Source of the DNA: Flavobacteriales bacterium
Lineage (GTDB): Bacteria > Bacteroidota > Bacteroidia > UBA10329
DNA: 64,000 bases
Reading direction: 5' to 3'
Assembly (NCBI GenBank): GCA_044356305.1
Contig: JBIKWM010000015.1
Coordinates: 1,552-65,551 of the forward strand
In this document: positions 14,539 to 24,401 of the stretch, one piece after another
Layout of the letters: each line of letters opens with the position of its first letter
Numbering within the stretch: position 1 is the first letter of the stretch
Program-made: the position numbers and the translations under genes
Notes under the pieces: generated by a model
What the model was told of the DNA's origin: nothing
Seen by the model: only the letters and a program-made list of their open reading frames with translations
Databases searched by the model: none

Positions 14539-15438
14539 TTATGCCCTCGGATGGGCTTTTCGGTAAACGTTGTTCAGTCTTTCAATGGTACTGTGGGTGT
14601 ACACTTGGGTGGCGGCAAGACCTGCATGACCCATCAGTTCCTTTATGGCATTGAGGTCGGCTCCGTTGCCCAACATGTGAGTGGCAAAGGTGTGGCGTAA
14701 AACGTGTGGGCTGCGCTTCTGCCTGGTACTGACCCGCCCAATGCACCTCTTTACTAAGGTGTAAAGTCGGTTGACAGTAAGTGCCCGGCCATCGGGCTCG
14801 GCCACCAACGGACTATCGGGCCCCACAGGCACCCCGGCCGCAATGCGAACCGCCATGTGCTCGTGCAGTCGGGTGGCAAGGGCGGGTGCAAATGGTACTA
14901 TGCGCTCTTTGTTCCGCTTGCCAAGTATTTTCAACTCGCGCTGGGAAAGATCAGCATCACGTACCGCTAGACCCACCACCTCGGACCTGCGTAGCCCAGT
15001 ATGGTATAGCAAGTCAACCACAGTGCGCTCCAATTGGCCCTCGGCCCCATCAGAATAAGGTACCTGATCCAACAACCGCTCCATTTCGGCCGGTGCCAGG
15101 AACTCCGGCACCCGCTTGGGCACCTTCTGCAAACGGAGCCGCGTGGTGGGATCGGTGTCCACAACACCTTCGCGGAGCAGATACTTGTACAGTGACCGGA
15201 CTGCGCTCATTTTACGGTTCACACTTGTGGGCTTCAGGTGTGCGTCCTCCACCAGGCTCACGGCCCAGCTGCGCACAGCCGCGCGGTCGATTGCACCCGC
15301 GTCAGTCATTCCAAGTGCCTGCATGTGGGCTATGTACTGACCCAGATCGTTGCGGTAAGCCAGCACGGTGTGGGCCGACATTCTCCGCTCCTTGGCCAAG
15401 TATTCCACAAAACGGTTCACCTCTGCCTCCATACCCAC
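14539..15438 (-). CDS. Tyrosine recombinase XerC/XerD family
   Basis: 299 aa. The catalytic R...HxxR...Y region is intact (VLRHTFATHMLGNGADLNAIKELMGHAGLAATQVYTH). The position next to hpf-tuf is conserved in Bacteroidota, so this is likely chromosomal, not phage-derived. Confidence 0.8.
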   Translation of the reverse strand: MGMEAEVNRFVEYLAKERRMSAHTVLAYRNDLGQYIAHMQALGMTDAGAIDRAAVRSWAVSLVEDAHLKPTSVNRKMSAVRSLYKYLLREGVVDTDPTTRLRLQKVPKRVPEFLAPAEMERLLDQVPYSDGAEGQLERTVVDLLYHTGLRRSEVVGLAVRDADLSQRELKILGKRNKERIVPFAPALATRLHEHMAVRIAAGVPVGPDSPLVAEPDGRALTVNRLYTLVKRCIGRVSTRQKRSPHVLRHTFATHMLGNGADLNAIKELMGHAGLAATQVYTHSTIERLNNVYRKAHPRA

Positions 15439-15745
15439 AGTCCGTTACCACAAGTATAACTACATGTGGCCTTTCGAGGTTCACCCCAGTGTGATAAAAT
15501 TGCGACCTGACTTCGAGGCCAATCCAATAGCCGGACTTCTTGACTTCACCCATTATAATGAAAATTATAGGCAACGTCCATCGCTGTCAATTTTCTCTCC
15601 GAATGTGAAACATAGAATTCCGTTTTCCGCACCTCATTGCACACGTTGCGCCTACCCCGTATCATTGCACAACAAGCCACCGGCACCAACAGCCCTTGGG
15701 CCGTGCAGGTGCGGTGAAAGAGATAAACGCTGAGAAACCCTACAG

Positions 15746-17566
15746 ATGCCCGAAGTACTAACAGGCCTCAACGATTTTGTGATCCGGTTTGCCAATGTGA
15801 ACGGGACCGGTAGCGCCAGCGCCAACTTCCTGTTCACGAAGGCCATCTTCCGGATGGGAGTGCCCGTCACGCCCAAGAACATTTTCCCGTCCAACATCCA
15901 GGGCCTGCCCACTTGGTATGAAGTGCGTGTGAGCGAAAAGGGCTACCTGGGTCGCAGGGAGGGAATCGATTTCATGGTGGCCATGAATCCGCAGAGCCTA
16001 CGTGCCGATGTCGATTCAGTGCGATGTGGCGGCTACCTGCTGTACGATAGCACCAAGCGCCTGCACGATGAGTTCATTCGTGAGGATGTGAACTACATCG
16101 GAATACCGCTCATGGACATGTGCAATCGCACCTACAGCGATGCACGGCAGCGGCAGTTGTTCAAGAACATCATATACGTGGGCGCACTCTCGGCCCTTTT
16201 GGACATCGAGTTCGGTGTGCTCGAAGGACTGCTGGCCGATCAGTTCAAAGGAAAAGAGAAGCTGATTCCGATGAACGTGAACGCCCTGCAGATGGGCGTA
16301 AGCTACATCCGCGACAATTACCCGCATCCGCTCGGCATACGTGTGGAAAGGCGCAATCTGGTGGGCGACAGCATCATGATAGATGGAAATTCGGCCTGCG
16401 GGCTGGGAGCCATCTATGCCGGAGCCACGGTGGCTGCTTGGTACCCTATCACACCCAGCACATCGGTGGTAGAGGCTTTTATGGACTATGCCGATGAGTA
16501 CCGTGTTGACCCCGAAACCGGCAGGCGTAACGTGGCCATTGTGCAGGCCGAGGATGAGCTGGCCGCTATTGGCATGGTGATAGGTGCAAATTGGAACGGG
16601 GCACGCTCGTTCACCGCCACCAGCGGGCCGGGACTGTCGCTCATGAATGAGTTCCTTGGCCTTGCCTATTTTGCTGAGATACCTACCGTCCTTATTGATG
16701 TGCAGCGTACCGGGCCAAGCACCGGTATGCCAACACGTACGCAGCAGAGCGACATTCTGGAAGCAGCATATGCCAGCCATGGCGATACCAAACAAGTGCT
16801 CCTTTTCCCCAGCACACCTAAAGAGTGCTTTGAACTTACGGTCGAGGCATTCGACCTTGCCGAGGAGATTCAGACGCCCGTTATCATATTAACCGACCTT
16901 GACCTGGGCATGAACGACCACATGACCCCTGCTCTAACTTGGGATGATAGCCGTAAACTGCGCAGGGGCAAAGTGCTGAATGCCGAGCAGTTGGAGCAGA
17001 TAGGCCGTTTCGGGCGATATCTAGATGTGGATGGCGATGGAATTCCCTATCGCACCATTCCTGGCACACACCCGAGCAAGGGGTCTTACTTCACGCGAGG
17101 CACCTCGCGCGATGAGTATGCCACCTATACCGAGGACAGCGATGCCTACCAGCGCAACATGGACAGGCTGACGCGCAAATGGGAGACCACCAAAGGAATG
17201 GTACCTGGGCCTCATTTCTATCAGGAGAACAATGCCAGTGCCGAGGCGCTCCTGTTCTTCGGCACTTCGCGCTATGCAGCCGAGGAGGCCATGGAACTGC
17301 TCACCCAACAGGGCAAAAAGATGGATGCCATGCGCCTACTTTCTTTCCCGTTCAGCAAAGCGGTCAGAGCCTTCATTGATGCACATCAAAAAGTGTATGT
17401 AATTGAGCAGAACCGTGATGCCCAGATGCGCAGTCTGCTCATGATAGAGTTGGGAATAAGCCCCGACAAGCTGGTGGCGGTGCTCAACTACAATGGTATG
17501 CCCATAACTGCCGACAACATTCTCAAGCAAGTGGGTGGTGTAGTTAACAGTGCTGTGCCGGTCTGA
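15746..17566 (+). CDS. korA: 2-oxoacid:ferredoxin oxidoreductase, fused gamma/alpha subunit (KorA-like)
   Basis: 606 aa. N-terminal gamma-like domain (NIFPSNIQGLPTWYEVRVS) is followed by the alpha domain (YPITPSTS). No beta/TPP subunit gene lies downstream. Confidence 0.75.
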   Translation: MPEVLTGLNDFVIRFANVNGTGSASANFLFTKAIFRMGVPVTPKNIFPSNIQGLPTWYEVRVSEKGYLGRREGIDFMVAMNPQSLRADVDSVRCGGYLLYDSTKRLHDEFIREDVNYIGIPLMDMCNRTYSDARQRQLFKNIIYVGALSALLDIEFGVLEGLLADQFKGKEKLIPMNVNALQMGVSYIRDNYPHPLGIRVERRNLVGDSIMIDGNSACGLGAIYAGATVAAWYPITPSTSVVEAFMDYADEYRVDPETGRRNVAIVQAEDELAAIGMVIGANWNGARSFTATSGPGLSLMNEFLGLAYFAEIPTVLIDVQRTGPSTGMPTRTQQSDILEAAYASHGDTKQVLLFPSTPKECFELTVEAFDLAEEIQTPVIILTDLDLGMNDHMTPALTWDDSRKLRRGKVLNAEQLEQIGRFGRYLDVDGDGIPYRTIPGTHPSKGSYFTRGTSRDEYATYTEDSDAYQRNMDRLTRKWETTKGMVPGPHFYQENNASAEALLFFGTSRYAAEEAMELLTQQGKKMDAMRLLSFPFSKAVRAFIDAHQKVYVIEQNRDAQMRSLLMIELGISPDKLVAVLNYNGMPITADNILKQVGGVVNSAVPV

Positions 17567-17631
17567 TCTGCATTCCACTCCCCAAAAAAAGTTAAGTCCG
17601 AAGGCCCTAGCACCGGGGCACTGGTAGTTTT

Positions 17632-19287
17632 GTGTCCATGACCAAGACTGCCATCAGGGCCGTGGTGACCGTGATGGCGGTGGCACTTGTAGGGCTGGTG
17701 GCCGTGCAGGTGTATTGGATCCAGAATGCATATACACTGCGTCAGCAGCGTTTCAACGAGGCTGTGAGCGAGGCGCTTACCGGAACAGCCCAACGTTATG
17801 ACCGCCTGATAACAGCCCGCAGAATGGCCCTCACCACCGATGTGCACGGCCGTAGGCAAGAAATCATGCGCGAGTTGGACTCCATTAATCAGACTCTTTG
17901 CTGTGGGCCTGGCACACCTGATGCGGTGGTTGCTCCTGAGCCGGTTGAGATAGAGGTAAAAGAGGAATATCTGGAAGACAGCGCTGGCACCTGGGTACTG
18001 CGTAGCAACAGCCGCAGTTTCCGCACCATGCCGCAGGCTTCGGGGCAATACAACTGGCCGCTGCTGGGGCCGATTAACGATGGCAAGCGGTCAGAGTACA
18101 TGGACTCACTGAACCGGATGCGTGCCGAGAGCCAGGTGTGGCTTGAGCGAAGGGCCGAACTGGTTGACGAGATTTTTCAGGAACTGGTGAGTGTGGACCT
18201 GTTCCGCGAGGCCGATGGCATCGATACTGTGGCACTCGACTCCATCCTGCACCTCGAACTGGCCCAGAACGGTGTGGGGGCCAGGCCCGCATTTGCCGTA
18301 ACCGACCCTTTCAACAACATATTGATGAGAGGCGGCAAGGAGGTCAATGAGGATTCGCTGCTCGATGCCACCTACCGGGTCAATCTATCGAGGGGCAACA
18401 TGTTCACCGAACCGCGGTTCCTGGCCGTTCACTTCCCCGATGAGAAACAGTATGTGATAGGAACCATGCTCGCACTTTTGGCTGTGTCGGGCGCACTGAT
18501 CATAACAGTGGTGGTGGCTTTCGGATTCACCGTGAGCACAATTATCAAACAGAAAAAACTCTCTGAGATTAAGAATGATTTCATAAACAATATGACCCAC
18601 GAGCTGAAGACGCCCGTGAGCACCATTTCGCTGGCATGCGAGGCCATGACAGACCCTGATCTGCGAAACACCCCGGGCATGGTTGATAGTTACCTTAAGG
18701 TAATAGCCGATGAGAACAAGCGCCTTGGCATGGTGGTGGAGAATGTGCTGCGCACGGCCATCATTGATAAAGGAGAACTGAAACTGAGACAGGAGGATAT
18801 TGACCTACATGCACTGATAGCCACTGTTGCGCGCAACATGGAGATACAGGCCAATGGAAAAGGCGGGGCCATTGAAACAGACCTCGCAGCCACCACCTGC
18901 CATGTGCAGGGAGACAGCGTACATCTGACCAACGTGGTATTCAACCTGATAGACAACGCCCTGAAATACACCCGCGACACGCCACTGGTGCGCATAAGCA
19001 CCTCCGATGGCGAACCGGGCCACATACGCATAGCAGTGGAGGACAATGGCATAGGTATGGCCAAGGATCAGCTGCAACGCATCTTCGACCAGTTCTATCG
19101 TGTGCCCACGGGCAATGTGCACGATGTGAAAGGATTCGGCCTGGGCCTGAGCTATGTGAAAGCCATAGTAGAGAAACACGGTGGCCGCGTGCAGGTGATG
19201 AGCGAACCTGGCCGTGGCAGCCGCTTTGAGCTGACTCTTCCGTTAATGAACCAAAAAGACCAACTGACTCATGGGAACTTCGAATAA
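17632..19287 (+). CDS. Sensor histidine kinase with a periplasmic sensor domain
   Basis: 551 aa. Two TM segments flank a sensor domain of about 250 aa. H-box MTHELKTPVS, and HATPase_c motifs DNGIGM and GFGLGLSYV. Confidence 0.85.
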   Translation: MSMTKTAIRAVVTVMAVALVGLVAVQVYWIQNAYTLRQQRFNEAVSEALTGTAQRYDRLITARRMALTTDVHGRRQEIMRELDSINQTLCCGPGTPDAVVAPEPVEIEVKEEYLEDSAGTWVLRSNSRSFRTMPQASGQYNWPLLGPINDGKRSEYMDSLNRMRAESQVWLERRAELVDEIFQELVSVDLFREADGIDTVALDSILHLELAQNGVGARPAFAVTDPFNNILMRGGKEVNEDSLLDATYRVNLSRGNMFTEPRFLAVHFPDEKQYVIGTMLALLAVSGALIITVVVAFGFTVSTIIKQKKLSEIKNDFINNMTHELKTPVSTISLACEAMTDPDLRNTPGMVDSYLKVIADENKRLGMVVENVLRTAIIDKGELKLRQEDIDLHALIATVARNMEIQANGKGGAIETDLAATTCHVQGDSVHLTNVVFNLIDNALKYTRDTPLVRISTSDGEPGHIRIAVEDNGIGMAKDQLQRIFDQFYRVPTGNVHDVKGFGLGLSYVKAIVEKHGGRVQVMSEPGRGSRFELTLPLMNQKDQLTHGNFE

Positions 19288-19978
19288 TGTAAAGGTACTC
19301 CTCGTAGAGGACGACCAGAACCTTGGCAGCATACTGAGGGACTATCTGGTGGCCAAGGGATACGCCACCACCCTTGCCCGAAACGGCAAGGAGGGATACG
19401 ATCAGTTCTCGAAAGGCAATTTCGATATGTGCATCCTCGATGTGATGATGCCGGTCAAAGACGGTTTCACGTTGGCCGAGGAGATTCGGCAGACTGACAA
19501 AGAGATACCGATCATGTTCTTAACAGCCAAGAGCATGAAGGACGACCGAATCGCAGGCCTGCAGAAAGGGGCCGATGACTACCTGACCAAGCCATTTGCC
19601 ATGGATGAACTGCTTCTACGGATGCAGGCCATACTGCGCAGGACCCGCCCCGATACCGCCAAGCCAAGGGCCAAAGGGCCGGTTGCCATCTGCGCCTTCA
19701 CATTCGACCCCGAACATAGGACCCTTACCCTAGGTGATGACGTGCAACGCCTCACCACCAAAGAGAATGACCTGCTGAACATGCTCTTCGAGAACCGTTT
19801 TGATGTGCTCGACCGCAGTTATGCTCTCAACCGGATATGGGGTGATGACAGCTATTTCAACTCACGTAGCATGGATGTGTATGTGGCAAAACTGCGCAAG
19901 TACCTGTCAAAGGACCCGAAGGTGCAGATTGTGAACATACACGGCAAAGGGTTCAAGATGTTGACGGACGAAGACTGA
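19271..19978 (+). CDS. OmpR/PhoB-family response regulator
   Basis: 235 aa. Receiver domain (VLLVEDD...ILDVMMP) plus a winged-helix C-terminal domain. It overlaps the kinase gene by 17 nt. Confidence 0.88.
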   Translation: MGTSNNVKVLLVEDDQNLGSILRDYLVAKGYATTLARNGKEGYDQFSKGNFDMCILDVMMPVKDGFTLAEEIRQTDKEIPIMFLTAKSMKDDRIAGLQKGADDYLTKPFAMDELLLRMQAILRRTRPDTAKPRAKGPVAICAFTFDPEHRTLTLGDDVQRLTTKENDLLNMLFENRFDVLDRSYALNRIWGDDSYFNSRSMDVYVAKLRKYLSKDPKVQIVNIHGKGFKMLTDED

Positions 19979-19993
19979 GTCTGCCCTCCTGGC

Positions 19994-20914
19994 TCAATAC
20001 CCCGCCTTGGCAGGGCCGATATTCTCTATGGGGTGCCAGGTGGTCTTGAGCTCCTGGGTGTCAAGGATCAGGTAGGGGTCTTCACCCTCGAGTGTCCAAT
20101 CTCGGGTGCTCCAGTCTATCATCCGCTTCACATTGGCGGCACCCTGGTCCTGCATCTTGGGCCACAGACTGAGTCCGGCCCGAGCGTTGACACAGGCATT
20201 GACATCCATGTGCGAGGCCAGATGCACAGCCAGGTCAGTCACTTTGCCCGTAAGGATATTGACCACGCCCCCGGGCAGGTCGCTGTTGTTCAGTACCTCG
20301 GCAAAGGTGACAGCAGTATGGGGCAGCTCCTCAGATGCCAGCACCACACAGCTGTTGCCTCCCGCAATGATGGGCATTATCACACTTACGAGACCAAGCA
20401 GCGCAGGTGCCTGAGGCGCCACCACTGTGGCCACACCAGAAGGCTCGTGCACGCTGAAGTTGAAATGCGATGAGGCCACAGGGTTCACACTGCTGAAAAG
20501 CTGTGAGTACTTGTCGCACCATCCCGCGAAATGCACACAACGGTCAATAGCCGCATCCACTTCCATGGTGGCCTGTGCCAAGGTGGCACTGCCCTGTTGG
20601 AGTTCGCTGACGAATTGTGCCCTACGGCCATCAAGCATCTCGGCCACCCGATACAGGATCTGGCTTCGGTTGAAAGCGGTACGTCCGCTCCAGCCACTGA
20701 AGGCGTTTCGGGCGGCCACCACTGCATCGCGCACGTCCTTGCGGCTGCAGAGGCAGATGTTGGTCACCGAACCATCAATCAGGGTCACAGGGTAATAGTG
20801 CCCGCTCTCGGTGCGCGGGAACTGGCCGCCTATGTAGATCTTGTATGTCTTAAGTACCTCCAAACGCGCCATGCTGTTGTGTGTGTGGTGCGCCACGCGG
20901 GCCGTGGCAGGCAC
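19994..20914 (-). CDS. Short aldehyde-dehydrogenase-like protein (NAD-binding half only, probably non-catalytic)
   Basis: 306 aa. It is colinear with the ALDH at 50022-51494 through GGNSCVVLASEE (aligns to GNTVVLKPAE) and PGGVVNILTG, then stops before the Glu/Cys catalytic loops. The cofactor-binding Lys is replaced. Confidence 0.45.
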   Translation of the reverse strand: MPATARVAHHTHNSMARLEVLKTYKIYIGGQFPRTESGHYYPVTLIDGSVTNICLCSRKDVRDAVVAARNAFSGWSGRTAFNRSQILYRVAEMLDGRRAQFVSELQQGSATLAQATMEVDAAIDRCVHFAGWCDKYSQLFSSVNPVASSHFNFSVHEPSGVATVVAPQAPALLGLVSVIMPIIAGGNSCVVLASEELPHTAVTFAEVLNNSDLPGGVVNILTGKVTDLAVHLASHMDVNACVNARAGLSLWPKMQDQGAANVKRMIDWSTRDWTLEGEDPYLILDTQELKTTWHPIENIGPAKAGY

Positions 20915-20936
20915 AAATGTAAACGGATGGGGCGGC

Positions 20937-22745
20937 TTACTTCGCCAGCTCGGGCCCTATGTCCCAGTCCAGTTCCTGATCCCAATTGGCGCGCACATCA
21001 ATGCCCTTGTCATACAGCACTATGCGTTCAGGCTGGCGTCCCTCACGGTAACTGCCGGTGTCCCAGCGGCCGTTGCCATTGGTATCGTCAATGGCGCGCA
21101 GGGTGTAGGTGCCCACAGGCAGCATGGGCATGTCGAGCATCGCCTGTGCGGTGAATGCTAGCCGGCCCACTGTGTTCCCGCCCTTGTCGCGCACCTCGGC
21201 CACAAGAGGCCGACTTTCGGGGCCCTTAATGTTGAATGTGATACGGCCAAGCTCATCGACCCGAGGCAGGGTGAATGCGGCCTTCAGCGTGTCGCTCGTC
21301 AACCCATACAGATCTTTGAAAGCACCGGGCGGAAACCAGATACTGTAGGCCGACCCTAACTGCCAATCGTGCAACACGTTCCAGGTGCGCAGGGCGGTGT
21401 CGGTCAGCTCTATATCGAAGGACACGGGCAGAGAGTCGCGCATCAGCACGGCCCCTTTCAGCGAAAGGTCGCGCACCGGATGATTGAACTTCACAACAAG
21501 CGGTTGTCCCGGCCGTGGCAGCAGTTGGGCAGGAATGTACCCTTCGAGCCTGAAATCCTTCTGCGTCCGGCCTCTTACGCCCTTACCGCCCCCAACGCCC
21601 GCCACATCCACCTTTTCGCTGCGGGGTTTCATCTCCACCTGGGCCGTATCGGTCATTCCATCGCCCCTATCAATTATGATTGAGACCGAATCATCGGGCA
21701 GATCGGTGGTCCACACCGTCAGGGTATCGCGTCTGGGACTGTATTCCAATATCTTCCATTCCTTCTTAAAAGTGATTGCCTCTACTCCTACCCTCGCCCT
21801 GCCCACCGGCAGATTATAGGCCAGCACCACTTTGCCGAAATGCTCGCACCAGGCCTTGCGCAGGTACTGGTTGGTGTCGGGCTCAGCGAACATGCGCACA
21901 ACCGTGCCGGCAGCACGGTCATCAGTGGCGCCACCCTTCATACCTTTCCCCTTGGCGGCCGTGGCTGTGGTGTCGGGCAGAGCGGAGGTTTCGGTGCCGA
22001 GGGTATCGGAGACAGCTGCCGTGTCAGCCGGGGCCGGTGGTGCGATGTAAATAGGGCTGATGAGCGAGTCGGGGAAACCGATGAGCTCGTTGACCGCATC
22101 GAAACGATAGTTGGCATTTTCGTCTTTTAGGGCAAAGAGCCTGAAAGGCCGGTCGGGGATATTGGTAATGGTGAAGCGGCCGTCTTTGCCAGTCTTGGCG
22201 AAATAATCGGGCAACGCGGTGCGGGGCAGCGAATCATGCGTGCCTCCGTACAGCATGGCCCAGGCCCCGTCCACTGCAGCGCCATCCTCCGCCTTCACAA
22301 GGCGGCCGCTGATCTGCATCGAATCGACCGCCTCACCGGTGCTGAACACGTAGGTAAGGTTCTGGATGATGTTACCCTCGTTGAGGTCACGCACGGCCTC
22401 CCCGAAATTGACGGTGTAGGTGGTGTTGGGCCTCAGAGAGTCGGGCAGGTGCACGGTGATGGTCCTGCGGTCGAGCCGAACATCAGGAGGCACACCCAGA
22501 GGTGGTGACACCATCACCTGCTCGGTGGCTCCTTGCAGTTGAACGAACTCATTGAAGGTTATAGAGAATCGGTCAGCCGCAAAGCGAGTGCTGAGGGTGG
22601 GCGGATCCATGCTCACCACCTCGGGGGGCAGTTCGTCCTTGGGCCCGCCCGTAGGCGACACTATCTGGGCGCAGCCCGTGCAAAGGGCCATGAGCAGAAA
22701 GCCGAGGTTGCGCATCGGGGTCAAAGCGGGGGCAAAAGTGCGCAC
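20937..22745 (-). CDS. Lipoprotein with Ig-like/carboxypeptidase-regulatory-like beta domains
   Basis: 602 aa with lipobox LLMALCTGC. Beta-rich and repeat-like (DGRFTITNIPDRPFRLFALKDENANYRFD). Confidence 0.45.
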   Translation of the reverse strand: MRTFAPALTPMRNLGFLLMALCTGCAQIVSPTGGPKDELPPEVVSMDPPTLSTRFAADRFSITFNEFVQLQGATEQVMVSPPLGVPPDVRLDRRTITVHLPDSLRPNTTYTVNFGEAVRDLNEGNIIQNLTYVFSTGEAVDSMQISGRLVKAEDGAAVDGAWAMLYGGTHDSLPRTALPDYFAKTGKDGRFTITNIPDRPFRLFALKDENANYRFDAVNELIGFPDSLISPIYIAPPAPADTAAVSDTLGTETSALPDTTATAAKGKGMKGGATDDRAAGTVVRMFAEPDTNQYLRKAWCEHFGKVVLAYNLPVGRARVGVEAITFKKEWKILEYSPRRDTLTVWTTDLPDDSVSIIIDRGDGMTDTAQVEMKPRSEKVDVAGVGGGKGVRGRTQKDFRLEGYIPAQLLPRPGQPLVVKFNHPVRDLSLKGAVLMRDSLPVSFDIELTDTALRTWNVLHDWQLGSAYSIWFPPGAFKDLYGLTSDTLKAAFTLPRVDELGRITFNIKGPESRPLVAEVRDKGGNTVGRLAFTAQAMLDMPMLPVGTYTLRAIDDTNGNGRWDTGSYREGRQPERIVLYDKGIDVRANWDQELDWDIGPELAK

Positions 22746-23200
22746 ACCTGCGCCAGGTAACGGGCATCGGTAGGGCCGAAATCAGCCAGACGGGTGCTAT
22801 CGACATCCAGCACGGCCACCACGCGGCCCTGCTGCACCACAGGCACCACCACCTCGCTGCGGCTCAGGCTGCTGCAGGCTATGTGCCCGGGGAATGCATC
22901 GACATCAGGCACAACAAGGACCTCGGCCCGCTGCCATGCCGCCCCGCACACGCCTTTGCCATAGCCTATGCGGGTGCAGGCCACATCGCCCTGAAACGGG
23001 CCCAGCACCAGTTCCTCACCCATCACTCTGTAAAACCCTACCCAGAAGAAGCCGAGGCCCTGCCTGAGGGCTGCGGCCACATTGGCCATGGCGGCCACAG
23101 AATCAGTCTCATCCTTCAGAAGGGCCGCCACCTGCGGCAAAAGAGCGGTGTAGAGCACCTCGCGGTCGGAGGTAACGGGCAGTTGTAGGGTATCGGCCAT
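22721..23200 (-). CDS. GAF-domain protein, free methionine-(R)-sulfoxide reductase family
   Basis: 159 aa single GAF domain with conserved Cys residues (GVCGAAW...). Confidence 0.55.
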   Translation of the reverse strand: MADTLQLPVTSDREVLYTALLPQVAALLKDETDSVAAMANVAAALRQGLGFFWVGFYRVMGEELVLGPFQGDVACTRIGYGKGVCGAAWQRAEVLVVPDVDAFPGHIACSSLSRSEVVVPVVQQGRVVAVLDVDSTRLADFGPTDARYLAQVCALLPPL

Positions 23201-23313
23201 TGTAGGGCGCGAAGTTCAGATCATCCTAGGTCACATGGCTCACTATCCTGAATCAAGGTCAGATGCCTTACATTGCACCCTGATTTTTCCTCTATTCCAT
23301 AAAACCACAGATC

Positions 23314-23895
23314 ATGACACTCACCATCACCCATCAGGACGAGTACTCGCGCGGTGAACTGCTGCTGCGTTCTATCTTCGGTTTCATCTACATCATGTTG
23401 CCACATGCGTTCCTATTGGCATTCTTCGGCATTTGGGGCAGCATATTGGGCTTCATCGCCTTCTGGCTCATCCTTTTCACAGGCCGCTACCCCGAGAGTT
23501 TCTTTGAGTATCAGGTGAAACTTATGCGCTGGCAACTGCGGGTCAATTCACGGTTCTACAACCTGGTTGACGGTTATCCTGCCTTCGGCATTGATGGCAC
23601 CGATGACCTGACCTCACTCGATGTCCCATATCCGGAGCTGAGTCGGGGGCAGTTGCTCCTCAAAACCTTTTTCGGATGGCTCTACTGCGCTATCCCACAT
23701 ATCTTCATCCTGTACTTTAGATTGATCGGATCAATGTTCGTGCTGTTCCTGGCCTGGTGGACCGTTCTGTTCACAGGCAAGATGCCCGCCTGGATGCACG
23801 ATTTCCTGACCGGCACGTTGCGCTGGTCCTTTAGGCTCAATCTGTACCTGGGCAACATGACCGACACCTACCCACCCTTCAGCGGCAAACCCTGA
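23314..23895 (+). CDS. DUF4389-family membrane protein (internally duplicated)
   Basis: 193 aa. Two homologous halves each carry ...ILFTG(R/K)(Y/M)P...(W/L)RW(Q/S)(L/F)R(V/L)N...YPPF/YPAF. Confidence 0.5.
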   Translation: MTLTITHQDEYSRGELLLRSIFGFIYIMLPHAFLLAFFGIWGSILGFIAFWLILFTGRYPESFFEYQVKLMRWQLRVNSRFYNLVDGYPAFGIDGTDDLTSLDVPYPELSRGQLLLKTFFGWLYCAIPHIFILYFRLIGSMFVLFLAWWTVLFTGKMPAWMHDFLTGTLRWSFRLNLYLGNMTDTYPPFSGKP

Positions 23896-24401
23896 TGAGC
23901 GACCAGGCCGGCCACTATCCGCTGCCCCAGCCGCACGAGCTGAGCGAGCGGGAAAAAGAGGACGCCATGGGCGCATACCTCATGATGTTCGCGGCCATAG
24001 GTGCAGGCCTCCCGTTGCCCATAGTCAACCTGTTGGCAGGCATCATCTATTTCTCGGTCAATGCCAAAAAGAGCCGGTTCATACGTTTCCACTGCCATCA
24101 GGCCCTAATTTCTCAGGCGCCCACTGCACTGCTCAATGCGGGTCTTCTATTCTGGGCCGTGCGTATCTTTCTACTGGAGAGCATGGAGATGAACAAGTTC
24201 TTCATCGGCTATGCGCTCACCGTGGCTCTGTTCAATCTGGCGTATTTCGTTTTCGGGATCAAAGGGGCAGTCAAGGCCCGCAAAGGGCAGATGTACTACA
24301 TGACGTTTTTCGGCCGGATCAGCTACGACCATGCATACCGCTTGCGTGCAATTGACGGGCATGCGGCCGACACACCTGTGAACCGCCCTCCGGGACAATG
24401 A
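23895..24401 (+). CDS. DUF4870-like small membrane protein
   Basis: 168 aa with a KSRFIRFHCHQALIS motif between TM helices. The start overlaps the upstream stop (TGATG). Confidence 0.4.
   Translation: MSDQAGHYPLPQPHELSEREKEDAMGAYLMMFAAIGAGLPLPIVNLLAGIIYFSVNAKKSRFIRFHCHQALISQAPTALLNAGLLFWAVRIFLLESMEMNKFFIGYALTVALFNLAYFVFGIKGAVKARKGQMYYMTFFGRISYDHAYRLRAIDGHAADTPVNRPPGQ

Noticed and set aside
14539-15438. Tyrosine recombinase as evidence for an integrated mobile element at the tRNA cluster
   Set aside because: The xerC-like gene, hpf, tRNAs, tuf arrangement is a conserved chromosomal context in Bacteroidota. There are no flanking direct repeats, phage genes or cargo, and no att-like duplication of a tRNA 3' end.
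16016-16795. 259-aa minus-strand ORF inside korA
   Set aside because: Antisense to a well-supported KorA domain, with no recognisable features.
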